From Euprymna scolopes (Eukaryota): a stretch of 64,000 bases of DNA. Below are positions 26,400-40,299 of this stretch, piece after piece (within the stretch, counting starts at the first letter, position 1; every line of letters begins with the position of its first letter). The notes below the pieces were generated by a model, which ran no database searches, was not told the DNA's origin, and saw nothing but the letters and a program-made list of their open reading frames with translations. The position numbers and the translations under genes were made by a program. The stretch lies in assembly GCA_053919585.1 (NCBI GenBank), contig CM132807.1; one strand, 5' to 3'.

Positions 26400-29300
26400 T
26401 GTTGTAGAGCAAATATGCGTTTTAATTTTTATTACCGTATTTTTCTGTTAAGTTACATTATTTTTTCAACTACACGGCCGTTTTTTGGTCGTCATGTAGC
26501 TTCCTCAGATTTTACAGAAATTTCGTTTATGGTGTTATGGTGTCATGAAAGAGTGAATGATGTCAGGGAAGGGGTTGGAGGAAAGCAGAAAAGAAGAAGG
26601 GAACAAGGGAGAAAGGTGGGAGGGGGTGCTTGGTATGTCGGTAATGTTTAAGTTTTGGAGTTTAAGGATATTAGGTGGTTGTGAGGGGGTCTGGGAAGTT
26701 CATCTCTGGTGTGGCTGAAGGCATAGGGATAGATGGAGGGGAGGGAGATATGAGGGGTAGAAGGAAGGGGTTACTTTAAAATTCAAGTCCTAATATTTAG
26801 GTTGTTGGCGTCTCGTTGGTGGGATGGTTTCTTTATAAGTATGTCTTGACCTGTTGGGTGTTCGCTTAGGTTGGGAGTCGGGGGGGGCTATAATTCGGTT
26901 TATCTATTTGATTTTTATTTGTTGTTAAGTGCTTGGAGAGGGTTAGCTTGCGGCCGTACGCGCGAGCACACACATGCGTACATACACACACATATACTTA
27001 AAGAGACGTTCACATGTACACTTGCATCTTCAGCTTGGCATGTAAACACATGCACATATGCGTACATGCATCCATATACACCCGCGCTGCTCCCGCTGAC
27101 CCCAAATTTTCCTTAAGGTGTAAAATTGAGTACGTGCGCGTAAGCGTGGATGGGCACATACACAGACACACACACACATTTACATCCATACATCCATGCA
27201 GGCGTATACATTGGACCTACATGCGTATAATAATTCAGATATACATGCATCCCTACGCATATATGCAAGCACACGCGCACATAGAGATACTTATATTCGT
27301 GAACACATACACAGCGGCACGCTCCTACGTACGTATGTGGATAGCAGATAACGGGCACACATATACTTTCATATATACATACGCATACATAGGTACGTAC
27401 ACATATACATCGATACCCCCAGGTACGCACGGACATACACATGGATGCACACATGCATATATACGCATACATACATACCTAGATATACAGACAGTTATTG
27501 GTATAGACATATTCGTCTACATAGATGTAAATCTAAGTTAATTTGTGGGTATATAGACGCAATACTTTCGTTAAATGTAGACATGATTATACATAGATAT
27601 GAGCATAAACACATTCCCAGGCTTATATGAGTAATATTCCTGTTGATGCACACCTCCTCATACCTACAGATACACGTCCCCACACGCATGCACTCACACA
27701 CATATACATGCATATATGCATACACATATGCACACATACATGTACTCATACATACATCCGCAAAGATCCACACCCACTCTCACTTAAGCACCGATATCAG
27801 CGCAGGCATATAGTTACAGATATATAGTGTGACATGCCGTAAATATAGGCACAGGTTTTACACACATATACTTACATACGCATTAATAAACGCACATGTA
27901 CCCGGGATATTGGTCCTAGGTAGCCATATTTATAGATTTTGGGGAGGAGTTTGAGGTAGTTTATATGGGGATTAAGTACTGTAGTTATTGTTCTAAGTTG
28001 AGGTATTTGTTTTTTTAGGGTATTATAGATCAGTTTAGGCGGAAGACTATATTGGGGTATCGTACTCTAGGGTATGCGTCTATGTAAATAAGGCATCGGT
28101 CAGTTATACATTTCCCTGCGTACTTACCTGTGCAGGTGTAAATCCACATAGTTATATGTAAACAATTTATGTGTTAAGTAGTGGAGGTTGCATGTAGGGT
28201 ATGGTGGGGTTGGGCAGGAGGTTGGCTGGGGGGGAATTGATGCCGATTATTGGGTGGTTATGTGGGATAAGGTTATGTGGTGTTTAGAGTTGGTGATGAT
28301 TGGGGGTATGTGTTATTTTGTTGGATTTAGGGGGATTCTTAGGGGGAGGAGGTAAAGGTGGTGTGGAGTGTGTGGGGAATTGATTAAGGGGGTTTAGTTG
28401 AGTATATGTCATGGTAGTTTGGTGTATGTGGTGGGTGGTTGTATTGGGTGTATAATTTAGAGTATTTAAGGTTGTGTTGTCTAAGGGATGTTTTAGAAAG
28501 TGCATAGTTGCTAAGAAGGTGGGATTTGTAATGCCTACAGTTTTTGGTGGTTTCCTGTTTTTTGTTTAGTAATTTGTCTCTGTCTTTAAAATTGGAGATA
28601 AGGAGTTTCTTGTTTAGGTATTTACATTTGGGGAGTTTAGGGATTTACATGTGCTGGATTTTCTAATAAACCATTTAATGGTTGGTGTAAGGTTATTTTG
28701 GGTTAGATGTAGATAGTGAGTAGTTAGTGAGGTTTTGTTAGGGTGGTTAGGGGTTGTGAAGGAGCATTTTTGTACTCTGAATCTATCCTTAAATGAGGTG
28801 CCGGCCAGGCCAATATAGTATTTTTTGTCGTTTGGATTTTCTTTAGGTGCGATTGTAGCTTTATATACTACTTCTGTTTGTAGGCATTGTTGATTAAGTG
28901 GGAATTCCGATTTGTTGGTGCAGTTTCATTTGTTCTTGTTGGCGATGTTTGTATTTTAACCTTTGTTAAGTATTTTTTTGTTATGTTTCTTGATTATTTG
29001 TTCTAGGCTGTCCGTGCAACTGTAGCTGAGTTTAATTGTGATTTTGTTGAAGATTTTGTGTACTATGTGGCTGGGCGGGAAGTGGTTGTTTATTGGTTGG
29101 AAGAATTTAGTTCATAGCTTTGTTTTGACCATTGTATTGAAGGGGGGGGGGTGAACCAAATTATTTTCCTAGTTCAATTTTTCTTGTTTGAGGTATTGGG
29201 TGAATTAGGTTTAATGTAATTAAAGGTGCTGTTTGGGTGACCACTTTCCTTTAGTGCATTTTCGTAGAAGGGTTTGTGTTAAAAATTTCGAGTTTGGAGG

Positions 29301-30130
29301 AATTTGTGCTGTCTTTTTTCGATAGATTTGGGGATGCGTTTTATTATATGTTTTGGATGGTTTGATAGTAGGTGTATATAGTGGGTAAGTAATGTCTTTG
29401 GTGTAGGGTTCGTATGTGTTGCTTGAGAGGTTGAGAGTTATATCGAGAAAGTTGACGGTTTTTATGTTGGATTTGATGTCTAGTTTTAGGCCTATTCTGT
29501 TCATTTCTTTAGTTAAGGTTTTCTTTATTTTTTCACATTTGGGGCCATTTGAGTTTTCAACTATTATGATGCCATCATCTCTATATAGTCCCATGTTTTT
29601 GTTATTTATAGTGTTAGTTAGGTTGTATAGAATTAAGAGACCGACAAGATCAGTTGCTTTTGCTGAGTCTGCCGCTCCCATTAAGAGGTCGAATGATCCG
29701 GATTGGTTCTTCTTAGTCCATTATGTGCTTTGGCTAATTAGGACTGTTTTTCTAGGCTTTTTATAATGTCCATTTCGGATGGTTGTTGGTCGGAGAGTAG
29801 AGAGGCAAATTCCAAGGCTTCGTCAAACAGTTCCTTTGATATGGAAGGAAGCTTTCAATATCGAACTGGATGAAGGCGGCCTTCTTTTTATTTTGGATGT
29901 TGTTGAACCATTTTATAGTGTCTTTAGTATTAATCCACTGGTTTAGTTCGTATTTGGTTTTAATTTGTAAGTTAATTATTTCTAGTATTCTTTTGCTAAT
30001 TTTTCCTATTCCGGGTTAGTGGGGTTTATGAGTCTAGTTTGAGGTTTTACCTCGAAGTTGGGTTTGTGGTCCTTAAGCATTATGTAGGCTTCTTTATTCG
30101 CTAGTTTCCCGACTCTGCTAATGTTAAGGG
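26400..30130 (-). mobile_element. Penelope-like retroelement (RT plus GIY-YIG endonuclease), degenerate, with long low-complexity 3' region
   Basis: RT remnant MGAADSAKATDLVGL...GLYRDDG...VNFLDITL (29220-29681). Endonuclease CLQTEVVYKA...KYYIGLAGTSFKDRF (~28780-28890). Strong G/T versus C/A strand skew. Hammerhead at the 3' end. Confidence 0.9.
26442..26520 (-). ncRNA. Type I hammerhead ribozyme, degenerate stem III
   Basis: Minus strand TTTCTGTAAAAT-CTGAGGA-AGCTACATG...CGTGTAGTT-GAAA-AAATAAT-GTA-ACTTAACAGAAA: intact core, 9-bp stem II, stem I UUUCUGU/ACAGAAA, GUA triplet. Confidence 0.7.
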
Positions 30131-30134
30131 TGTC

Positions 30135-32250
30135 AGTTGAAATATTTGCTTATGTCAAGGATACCTTTCCCTGTGAGAGAAACATCTCCAAAGAAAAAAA
30201 AGCGTTTATTTACAGCACAGCATTTATATTTGCGTTCTACCATCCTCACAATGATGGAGCAACTATATTTGAGGGTATCGCTAAGCAAATTAGGTCTATC
30301 TGTTCATCCCTCAGCCATCATTATTTAGAGCTTTTAATGTTCATAATGTTAAATGGTTAGTTCACTCAAATAAAACGGATGACGAAGGGAGCTTTTGTGT
30401 TTTCCTTTTTATGACCTAAATCTACTTGGGAACACGATGCTGACGGACAATTTGCAAATCTTTTAAATCTTTTTCTCACAACATGACCTAAACTGTGCTA
30501 ATCGAGGATTAGTGCAGTTTAGGATCGCTAGGCTGTTCTGATCACTCGGTTGTCTCAATAAAGATAAAACAAAGTATAAATTTCCAAATATTCCTTTCCA
30601 TCGAGCAGTGAACCGATAATCGATCGCTAACTTGGACGGTTTCCGAAAGCCACTCGAGCATAGCACAGTGTATTTATATTAAGTGGTGGAAATGAGGTAG
30701 AAATACATTATTTGTGAGACAGTTAAACATGACTTAAAACCAACAATATTGCAGTCAGCATGGAACGGAGGCCTGCAAAACTACTCCTATACTCCTTATA
30801 TAAAAGTGCGCTTGGTATAGCATCTGACTTAACTGATTTGTATCGGCAGCTACATACTTTCCAAAACATTTTATTAGAAACTGAACAGCAGGCCTTTGTA
30901 CACTCCTGAATGTGTAGTCACCATTGCACACATAACCCAGTACTTCAATTGCTTTTGACATAACAGATGTTTAAAAACTAAAACAATCACTGCAAAATAT
31001 TATTTAAAACGCGAGCGTGTCGTATGTGAATCCACCAAGTCTAAAGTAGAATAACAGAGTATTGCTTTCCGTGAGTTTGGCGAATAACAAACAATGCTCT
31101 ATGCGTGTTTTCTACCCCAACCACTATCAATGCGCCTAGGGGGATTGCGTCAGCATCTGACTAATTCAAACTTCTTGCAAAGAACCTTGTAGCAAACTTA
31201 ACCCCATGTGATCAGGGCCTTCTACCTCCAGAATTTCCTCACCAAGAATGAAAATAATCGGAGTGACTTCCACATATTTGTTCGTAATATTGCCATATCG
31301 ATTAAGAACCTTGATACTTGCTTAGTAATTGTTCCTGACAGTATTTCAGTTATATTACTCACAAAGCTGCAACCGGAACTAGCACCTATTCTTACAAAAG
31401 TGTTCAATCGATGCATAAAGAAGAAATGCGTCCCAGCACATAGAAAAAAACCTTATCACTTTGTCCAATATTGAAAAAAGTGGATATCTAGCTTATGCAT
31501 TTCAGTGCAGATAAATTTATCTTCTGTTTATCATGAGTAAGTTGCTTGTGTCTGTGCTAAATAGAATAATTGTCACACACCTCAGTAAAAGCAACCTCTT
31601 CAGCGACCAGCAATATTGTTTCCGTTAGGTGAGATCTATAACTGATGTACTGATTGCGCTGGGCATATCAAAGGCATTTCATAAGGTTTTGCATAAAGGT
31701 CTACTTTACAAGATTTTCAGCTATGGAATATCTGCAAATGTCTTCTCGACCATCATATCATTTCTCTCCGATAGGTCTATACAAGTACTCGTCGATGGGC
31801 AAAAGTCGGAAGCTACAAAGTATCAATGCGGGCGTGCTGCAGGGATTCATCCTGGGCAGAACTCTATTCATTATCTTCATCAATTATCTCCCAAATCACA
31901 TTCTAAATTCATTTGCCGACATATACGCAGATGACACAATGATCGATGGAAAAACTTCAAAGGCCAGCAATGACAAATATCTCACTGTTTCTTTCCTAAA
32001 ACCTTGGACATGTTGTGAAATGGAGTAAAAAGTGTCTGATTAATTTTAACTCATCCATAACCAAGCTTTCATTTGTTCACCATAAACGCTATGATCTTCA
32101 CTTGGCCACAAATGATAGGAATGCCCCTCGTCTAATAACAGTTTTTGCTTTGACAAACTTCTGAGTCTGACCGCTCCTTCTGACATGGAATACTTACATC
32201 AAATCTGTTGCTAAGGTTGCGCCTTTTCACGGTTCCAGAAGGTATTGGGA
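30135..32250 (+). mobile_element. Degenerate CR1/Jockey-group LINE (APE endonuclease end plus RT)
   Basis: LGCSDH (~30527-30546), ELAPILTKVFNRC, ISKAFHKV, GVLQGFILG..LFIIFIN, IYADDT. Several frameshifts. Confidence 0.85.
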
Positions 32251-32356
32251 GCATTATATTTTTGAAGGGAAACTTATTCTCAAACCGCATTAATACAAAA
32301 ATGCCTTTTCGTATAAAAATGATACAAGTTTACGGCATCTATAAAACACACACTAG

Positions 32357-32420
32357 CTCGGGTTAGCTCAGTGGTAAAGCTTCAGGCCCGGTCTCTGGGG
32401 GTCTGGTTTTGAATTTCTTA
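32357..32420 (+). mobile_element. tRNA-derived SINE head remnant
   Basis: A-box-like TAGCTCAGTGGTAAAGC and degenerate B-box GGTTTTGAATT. No intact cloverleaf. Confidence 0.4.
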
Positions 32421-33338
32421 GTTTCAGATAATCTGCTGAAAACGTGCTCCTGAAAAATTAAATTATTAAAAATATGTCTTTCTCTCCACATCTTCAGGAA
32501 AAAATATTCCCAACTAGCATCTATGTAAGAATGCTTCTTATGTATAAATATTTGAATTTGTTCAGAAGTTTCAAATAAATATTATTTGTAAGACCACGGT
32601 ACAGTTCAAACATTAGCAAAAATTAGGTTAGTTATGCTGGCGTCTTCGTTTCGAATCTAGCTATGAAGAACAAACGGTGATGAAACATAAACGTCTAAGA
32701 TGTCTCTGTAGATAATTACGTATGAAGCTGTCTTAGATCTTCACAGATAACTTGTATACATAGGTGAAGGGTTAGTGTAACAGCACCCACACATTTTAGA
32801 ACCACTGTAAAACTAATTCAGTCTAATCAATTGCCACAAGACAGTCTAGACGTTAGATCTCAATTTTAAATTAGAGTTTTAATTGTCTAAGATACATATC
32901 TTAACAGAAACTGAGGATACATCTCTCCCATATACTAATGTGTAAATATTTACAATGTATATGGCGTCTGGTACTCTTAAATGATCTCTCATAAAGTACT
33001 GACCAGGTTTCACTTTTCTTAACTTCGGCGTTCGAGCAAAATATGTCATGTCAACGTTATTATGCAGTATATCTATCTATTTACCTTGGGGAGTGATAGA
33101 ATAATTTGCCGCTAGCGCATAATCAAATGCTCTTTGTGTCAATAAATTGTACTTAGGCATTTTGACAATGTTTGGTCATTTAATATCGCATGCCCATCTT
33201 AGATGCGACCAAATAACGTAAGGGTTAGAAACACTGAAAATTGCTTAGGCGGTCAAGTTACAAACCTGCTTGAGTTAATTGATAATCTAACCGCACTGAA
33301 AAGCTGTGATTCAACGATACATTCTTTCTATGAATGAT

Positions 33339-33415
<77 letters not shown>

Positions 33416-33605
33416 CATGCGAGAATTATACAAGTTTATATCTTTTCTTTCTTCATTTTTTATATAATGACGTGTAGTAACACAAAACGTTTTCGGAAAA
33501 AATCTTTTTATTTAAAGAACAAAAGTTCCTAATGTATCTTCAATATTCCTCGGGACAGAAGTGGTAGGAGGAGAATATATAGTTAATGAGAAGGTGCCGT
33601 GTAAG

Positions 33606-33672
<67 letters not shown>

Positions 33673-35145
33673 CGGTTCCGATAAAAAGTTTAATTCTATA
33701 GGAGATCCAGGTAATTATTGAGGGTCACCCATTGTACGTGCTGGGTCATTGAGTCGTCTTACTCTCCACTGTTCTTATTATAAACGTTGATGGTTTCCCT
33801 TTTCCTTCAGCCATACCTGACAATTCAATCTTTCAACGTATTACGGCTTTTCGGTACTCTTCTGATATCATCTTTGAATAGTTTTCCACATACGCACAGT
33901 TCTTAGTCATATATTTTGTAGAGAGGTTAAGCTACACAAGCTGTTTCCGGAGAGCCAAATCGCTTCTGAATATTGTCCTAAATTACACATTCTATGAAGT
34001 TCTTATTCCAACAAGATTTTCATGTATGCTATACAAACTGTAGTGAGTTGTCGGATTGTGTTCTTTGGTGTCTGGTCAAGATTTATTGGAACTGATGTCA
34101 TGCTCCTTGCATAATTATTTCGATGGAGGGGTGATATGTATTGCTGCTACTACAAATTCCTTTTTTCTTCATATCGTAAACCACAGACGATTCTTTTTTT
34201 TTTTACATCATATTAATGGTAAGGATTGAAGTTTAGAACTGATGTTATGCTCCTTGCATAATTGTTCCGGTGGAGGGTTTATTTTAAGCTGTTCATCTCC
34301 TCTTTATATGTATTGCTGTCACTACACATGACATATGACTTTCGGTTTATCGATGACATAAACTCCATACCTATGTGGGTCATCACCACAGTTCACATAG
34401 TCTAGGTCTAGTAATGTTTGAACACTTTCCTGATGAGGTCAGAGTATGAATGTGTGATAACATTAATTAAGATAACATTAATTCGAAGAATCCAAATAAT
34501 ACGAATAAACAATCTGCATCTACAAAANNNNNNNNNNNNNNNNNNNNNNNNNNNNNNNNNNNNNNNNNNNNNNNNNNNNNNNNNNNNNNNNNNNNNNNNN
34601 NNNNNNNNNNNNNNNNNNNNNNNNNNNNNNNNNNNNNNNNNNNNNNNNNNNNNNNNNNNNNNNNNNNNNNNNNNNNNNNNNNNNNNNNNNNNNNNNNNNN
34701 NNNNNNNNNNNNNNNNNNNNNNNNNNNNNNNNNNNNNNNNNNNNNNNNNNNNNNNNNNNNNNNNNNNNNNNNNNNNNNNNNNNNNNNNNNNNNNNNCAAG
34801 CTGGATCAAACCCCCGTTAAATATCAAATGATAATGAGATATAAAATATATATCCGAAATCTTATCTGCAATTACAGAGAAACTATTTATGATTAACACA
34901 TTAGAGAACGTAACACATACTAAAATATAATTGTATTTCGACATATCTCACTTACCAGTAATAAAATAAGGTAAACTGAAATATACTAACTTCCTAGCNN
35001 NNNNNNNNNNNNNNNNNNNNNNNNNNNNNNNNNNNNNNNNNNNNNNNNNNNNNNNNNNNNNNNNNNNNNNNNNNNNNNNNNNNNNNNNNNNNNNNNNNNN
35101 NNNNNNNNNNNNNNNNNNNNNNNNNNNNNNNNNNNNNNNNNNNNN

Positions 35146-35943
35146 ACTATGTAAATTTTCGGACTACAGACTCGAGATTTGACATAAGCTGCATTGAGAT
35201 TTAGGAAAATATTTTTAATCAGTTCTCGGCCAGAAATTTGGCTGTCAAGGAGTTAAAGTTAAACGATTTGGGTCTAAACACTTGAAAGTTTAAATGTAGG
35301 TTACTTGGAATTGGACATGGATCAAACTTTTTAACTTTAGTTAAGGTTAAAACAATAAATATTGTCGGGTCAAAATTGGGGGCAAAGTATAAAAAAATGC
35401 GAACTCTACCAAATAACTCAGCCAATTTCTGGTTTAAACATTTGAAATTTTAAATAAAGGGTATTCAGAGGAAGGGTAAGTCAGGGTCGACAATTTGAGC
35501 TGTCAAGCGGTCAAAGTTCATAAGTTTTTACCTTTGCCGTCTGTAGCAAATTACTCAACCAATTTTTGGTTTAAATATTTTAAATTTTATATAACGAGTA
35601 GTCAGATATGCTGCAAGCATTTTAATGAGTTTGGGACCAAAAGTTAGCTGCTAAAGGGTGAAAGTTTAAGGACGTGACCGTTTCAGATTCTACGAAACTG
35701 CCAATTTTGGGTCTAAACCAAAATTGAAATTTTAGATGTAGATAACTTATTTTGATTTGATATCAAAACAATAAATGTTAAGGGGTTTCAATTATGGTCA
35801 ATTAAAAAAAAAATATTACCTCTGCGATCTCTACCAAATTACTCTGACAATTTCTTGTCTAAACAGTTACATAAATGGTAATTACACATGCGGCAAGTTA
35901 GTAACAGTACATAACCTCAGGCAAAGCCGGGCTGGATTGCAAG
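35146..35943 (+). mobile_element. Non-autonomous Helitron-like repeat (same family as 37361-37963)
   Basis: Shares CTACAGACTCGAGATTTGACATAAG...TCTAAACACTTGAAA subrepeats with 37361-37963. GC-rich end before (TA)n. Starts at an assembly gap. Confidence 0.55.
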
Positions 35944-36005
<62 letters not shown>

Positions 36006-36671
36006 TAAAACTCGAATGACCTTGTAAAGAGTGATATGTAACCCACTTTCCGGTTTACGACATCCGGTTGCGCATGCGCGCATAAACATTACGTTTAGAC
36101 AATTGGACAGAGTTATCCCCCTTACACTATTAATAACCATGGAACTAATACGGCCCTTTTTAACTAGAGGGCGTGAATAAAATCTTTTTTTTTCTTCTTC
36201 CAATTTTTAAAAAGTCGTCTGCTTACATTGTTATTGCCGATTTTCCAGTAGCTGATTAATCTTACCATAACTGGCCATACTCCTGTATTTTTTCTGCACA
36301 TGCCAAGGGAAATCTGTATCGGTAAATGCACACGTTCCTATTACATTAAATAGTGTTTTCTTTTGTTGTTGTTTTTAAACAGCAAATGCTTGAATCTAAT
36401 CGGTCATTTTTTTTTACACATATTAAATCCATTTTTTAACAAATTTAACTTTTTAAATTCTTCATAAGTTGTTAAACAAAGCTGTAAAAATGTCGTCGGC
36501 GTTCGATTCGTAGGAAAATCATATTTAATTTTCGATTTTTGAGCGACTATTCAGAAAAAAAGGTAATTTTACACGATTAGGAAAGATTTTTTTCCATGTT
36601 TGAGTAAACCGTCTGGATGCCATTAATCTGGAAATATATTTTTATATAATTAGAAAAAGAGAATTACAACA

Positions 36672-36727
<56 letters not shown>

Positions 36728-37224
36728 AAATGTTTTGGTTTTCTAATATTTTTGTGTTCGGAAAAAAATCTTGTTTGTTACTTATTTGCTGCGGTATTTG
36801 ACCAAGAAGAGATTGAAGTTATCCCCCACCACCATTGCCGCCGTCCGTATACTGCAGAATTGCTGAAAATAAAATAAATTAATTAAAACAAAACATTGTA
36901 AGTTAAATAAAACATGTAATGTTTTGTGACTTACCTATTAAAAGTAACACGTGATTAGAACAAAACGTTTTCGATAAAATCGCTCGATCTGTTAGGGTTT
37001 CTAAATAATATGCTTATGTTCTAAAAAATGTCGAGCGTTTCGTCTATGTGGAAGAAATGAACAAATCGTAAAACGGTGTAAACATGATTTTGTTCCTTAT
37101 ATTAAAAATGGCAAACACTTTTTAAAAAAGGAAAACAAATGCTTTTATATGTAACAAAAAAAACCCAATTTTCTTTACGTCACAAGTGTCACGCTCATAC
37201 ATGAATTCCATAGCTAATATAACA

Positions 37225-37253
37225 TACTGACCCAACGGGTCACGGGTAGCCTA

Positions 37254-37254
<1 letters not shown>
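37225..37254 (+). mobile_element. Helitron-type 3' terminus
   Basis: Hairpin TGACCC-AAC-GGGTCA followed 8 nt later by CTAG|T. Confidence 0.65.
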
Positions 37255-37298
<44 letters not shown>

Positions 37299-37360
37299 CA
37301 CAAAAGTTGTAATCAAAGCATAATAGTCTAGAACCATAGCTCTATGTTCAATTAAATCGA

Positions 37361-37963
37361 TCTACATATCTATAAAAGTGAAAATGTTTGTGTGTGTGGG
37401 GGGTATGTCTGTCTGCCTGTTTGTGTGTGTACACTTTCCTACCAAATAACTCTGTCAATTCTCAGTCTACAGACTCGAGATTTGACATAAGGGGCATTGA
37501 GATTTGGGAAAATATTTTCAATCGGTTTGCAGCCAGAAATTTGACTGTTAATGGGTCAAGTTCAACGATTTGACCTTTGAAAACTCTACCACACTCCTCC
37601 GCCAACTTTGAGTCTAAACACTTGAAATTTTAAATGCAGGTTACTTGGACATGACTCTAACTTTATTGTTTGAGCGTAAAACAATAAATGTTAAGAAGGT
37701 CATAATTGGGGGTCAAAGTTTTAAAAAAAAATGACCTCTGCGGTCTCTACCAAATTACTCAATTAATTTTTGGTTTTAACATTTGAAATTTTACATAACG
37801 TGTATTCAGACATAGTATAAGCTTATTATTCGATTTTTGACCGAAAATTTGGCTATTAAGACGTCAAAGTTTAAAGACTTGGCCTTTGCAAATTCTCCCA
37901 AACTCCTCCGCCTATTTTGGATCTAAACACTTGAAATTTTAGATGTGGATGAGTCAACCCTTT
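37361..37963 (+). mobile_element. Non-autonomous Helitron-like repeat, 3'-truncated
   Basis: A|TCTACATATCTATAAAAGTG...(TG)n start. Homologous to 35146-35943. Confidence 0.55.
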
Positions 37964-39833
37964 TAATATATATATATATATATATATGACGAAAAAGGTT
38001 TTAAAAATCTCACAATGTGAATTGAAAATGGAAATTTTCTGTTCAGTGGATTTTATTCAAACGACTGTTTTCAAATGTGACTATATCCCTCAGCTACCAG
38101 TTAATGTCAGGTATTCAGAATAGAAATATCAATCGTTTTGTCATGTATTTGTAATTATTCTATTCGTAGATTAATTGTAGGCTGATCTATAACTGTGGTG
38201 TATTATACATTGATTTTCAGATATCAGATCATCGCACTGTTTCGTGGCCAACATCTCGACAACGTCTTAAAGTGTACCTGTTCCTCTCAATAATGTGAGG
38301 CCAATACTATCTTAAATGCCAAGTAAACCAATATACAAATCAATAGAAAGTTTACGTTTCATACTGGTTTCTAAATCGGTAAACTGTCAAATTTAAGTTC
38401 AGATGCGCTCTTCTCAATAGAAAAAAAAATGAAATTAATTAAATAAATAAATAAAATAAGTATTAAAAATAAATATATAATAAATATGATAAGATATAAA
38501 TAAATAATTAATTAAATAAAAACAATTTTTATTCACTAGGGAACAATGAGTTTTTTGTATGTCGATATTGGACAGCGAACTAACAGAAAATTCTCAATGA
38601 GCAAAACGCAATACGTAAAATTCGAGAAAAAGAAAATAAGTCACGTCGGCCTCTGTTCAATAGGCGACAATTGTATTATGCTCTTTTTACCACTGTTGCA
38701 CATACGTGTGTGTTGTGTCTGTATGCATGAGATGCACTATTTTACAGAGACTAATGCCCTGGGATGCATACTATATAACTTACCGGACGATGGGTTGTTT
38801 GAATTAATAGAGCCATACAGTCACTGCGCCTACATTTGTAATATATTGAAGTTTACACGTAGTAACATGACCTCGCTGCGTTGCTGACAAGAAGATAAAT
38901 AATAAATGTGGCTTAACTTTGCCCTTCGTCGCATTTTTATGGATGAGCAATCATCAAATGAATGTTGAAACAGAGCATGCTGAATAATCTGTTTTTTACT
39001 GTTACGTCTTTCACAACATCATATTTTATTCGTGAAAAATGTTTCATGTATATGACGTGGCAAAATTCTCTAGCTGGTGTGAAACTTTTACAATCATAAA
39101 TAAGTCATTATATAACTGATCCAGCTAAAACTGATGATTTTCTTAATTATAGAAAACTAAGTAATTTTACATACAGATTATAAGTGGTATCGTTTTAAAC
39201 TATAAAAACATTTTTCATATTTACTGGACTTCATAACGTAAAAGTTGCATAAAAGAAATCAGGGAGGGATACCATAAAACTTATATGGAATTAAAGGATA
39301 AAAGTAATACTGTTAATATTTATAATAAACAAGGGACTAATCCAGCTAATATAGAAACATCATTATTAATTGAGTTAAGGATAGTAGGAATGGGAGATTA
39401 ATTAGGAGGAAGAAGACGATTTGATTCAACTCATTTAGTGAACGCCGTAAAACCGATATATTTAAAGCATTATATAAAATAATCGCTAATAATTTCAAAC
39501 ATAATGAGAAAACTACTTGATAAATAATACAACAAAATATTTTATTCAACTATGATAAAGATTAAAATAGAATATCATTAAATAAAAGAAAGCGTAGGAA
39601 AATGAAGAAGAATATGAATCCGGGGAACTTAAAATTGAAAAGAAAAGGTAAGTGTAGGCGAAAAAAAGAATGGCTATTAAATGCTGCACGTCTAACCAAA
39701 AGTATGGAGTATAAGTGCAATGTCATCAGCATATATCAGCTGAACAGAGAGAAGCGTTTAAATTCAAAATTATAACCACATGGCAGCTACTAAAATGTAC
39801 GTATAGTCGACAAAAACATTCATTTATCAGCGT

Positions 39834-39879
<46 letters not shown>

Positions 39880-39902
39880 TTTTTTTTTACTATAATAAAT
39901 AA

Positions 39903-39955
39903 ATACTTATGGACACTAGTGTTTCATCCTTTCGGTAATCTTCAGTGCAAGGTGT
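39903..39955 (-). ncRNA. Type I hammerhead ribozyme (downstream copy)
   Basis: CTTGCA-CTGAAGA-TTACCGAAAGGAT-GAAAC-ACTAGT-GTC-CATAAG. Core intact; two proximal stem I mismatches. Confidence 0.75.
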
Positions 39956-40246
39956 CACGATTAACACCAGTCGAACGATTCGAACCCCGCAACACGAGAC
40001 ATCTCTGGCTCGGTTAGCAAAGACCGTATCAATTCGGCTAACATTAACTGCGTGAAATAACATTGAATTTAAACATTTTAATTTTAAATGTTCATTTAGG
40101 TCAGTCAGACAGTGATCTAATCGTTATACGATGATCTATACATAAGAGCTAAACTGATCGACTTTAATTCAACTGAAAGTGCTCAACGATAAGAAACGAA
40201 TTTCTTAAAGGGGCTGTCATAATCATTTTTTTACTATAATAATTAA

Positions 40247-40299
40247 ATACTTACAGACACTAGTGTTTCATCCCTTCGGGAATCTTCAGTGCAGGGTAT
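40247..40299 (-). ncRNA. Type I hammerhead ribozyme (upstream copy)
   Basis: ATACCCTGCA-CTGAAGA-TTCCCGAAGGGAT-GAAAC-ACTAGT-GTC-TGTAAGTAT: stem I UGCA/UGUA plus AUAC/GUAU, stem II UCCC/GGGA, palindromic stem III, GUC site (cut between 40256 and 40255). Confidence 0.85.

Noticed and set aside
26871-27827. Cluster of overlapping ORFs
   Set aside because: Products of low-complexity CA/TA repeats with no domain signal.
32357-32420. Functional tRNA gene (also 52806-52870, 63350-63387, 39970-40045)
   Set aside because: Only A/B-box-like parts with no complete cloverleaf; treated as SINE-type derivatives.
33085-33160. Minus-strand FDYALAANYS resembling class B TM3
   Set aside because: Lacks the following WMxxEG motif and a clear acceptor; probably chance.
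34408-34944. ORFs spanning N runs (also 56573-56803, 57547-57837)
   Set aside because: Artefacts of assembly gaps.
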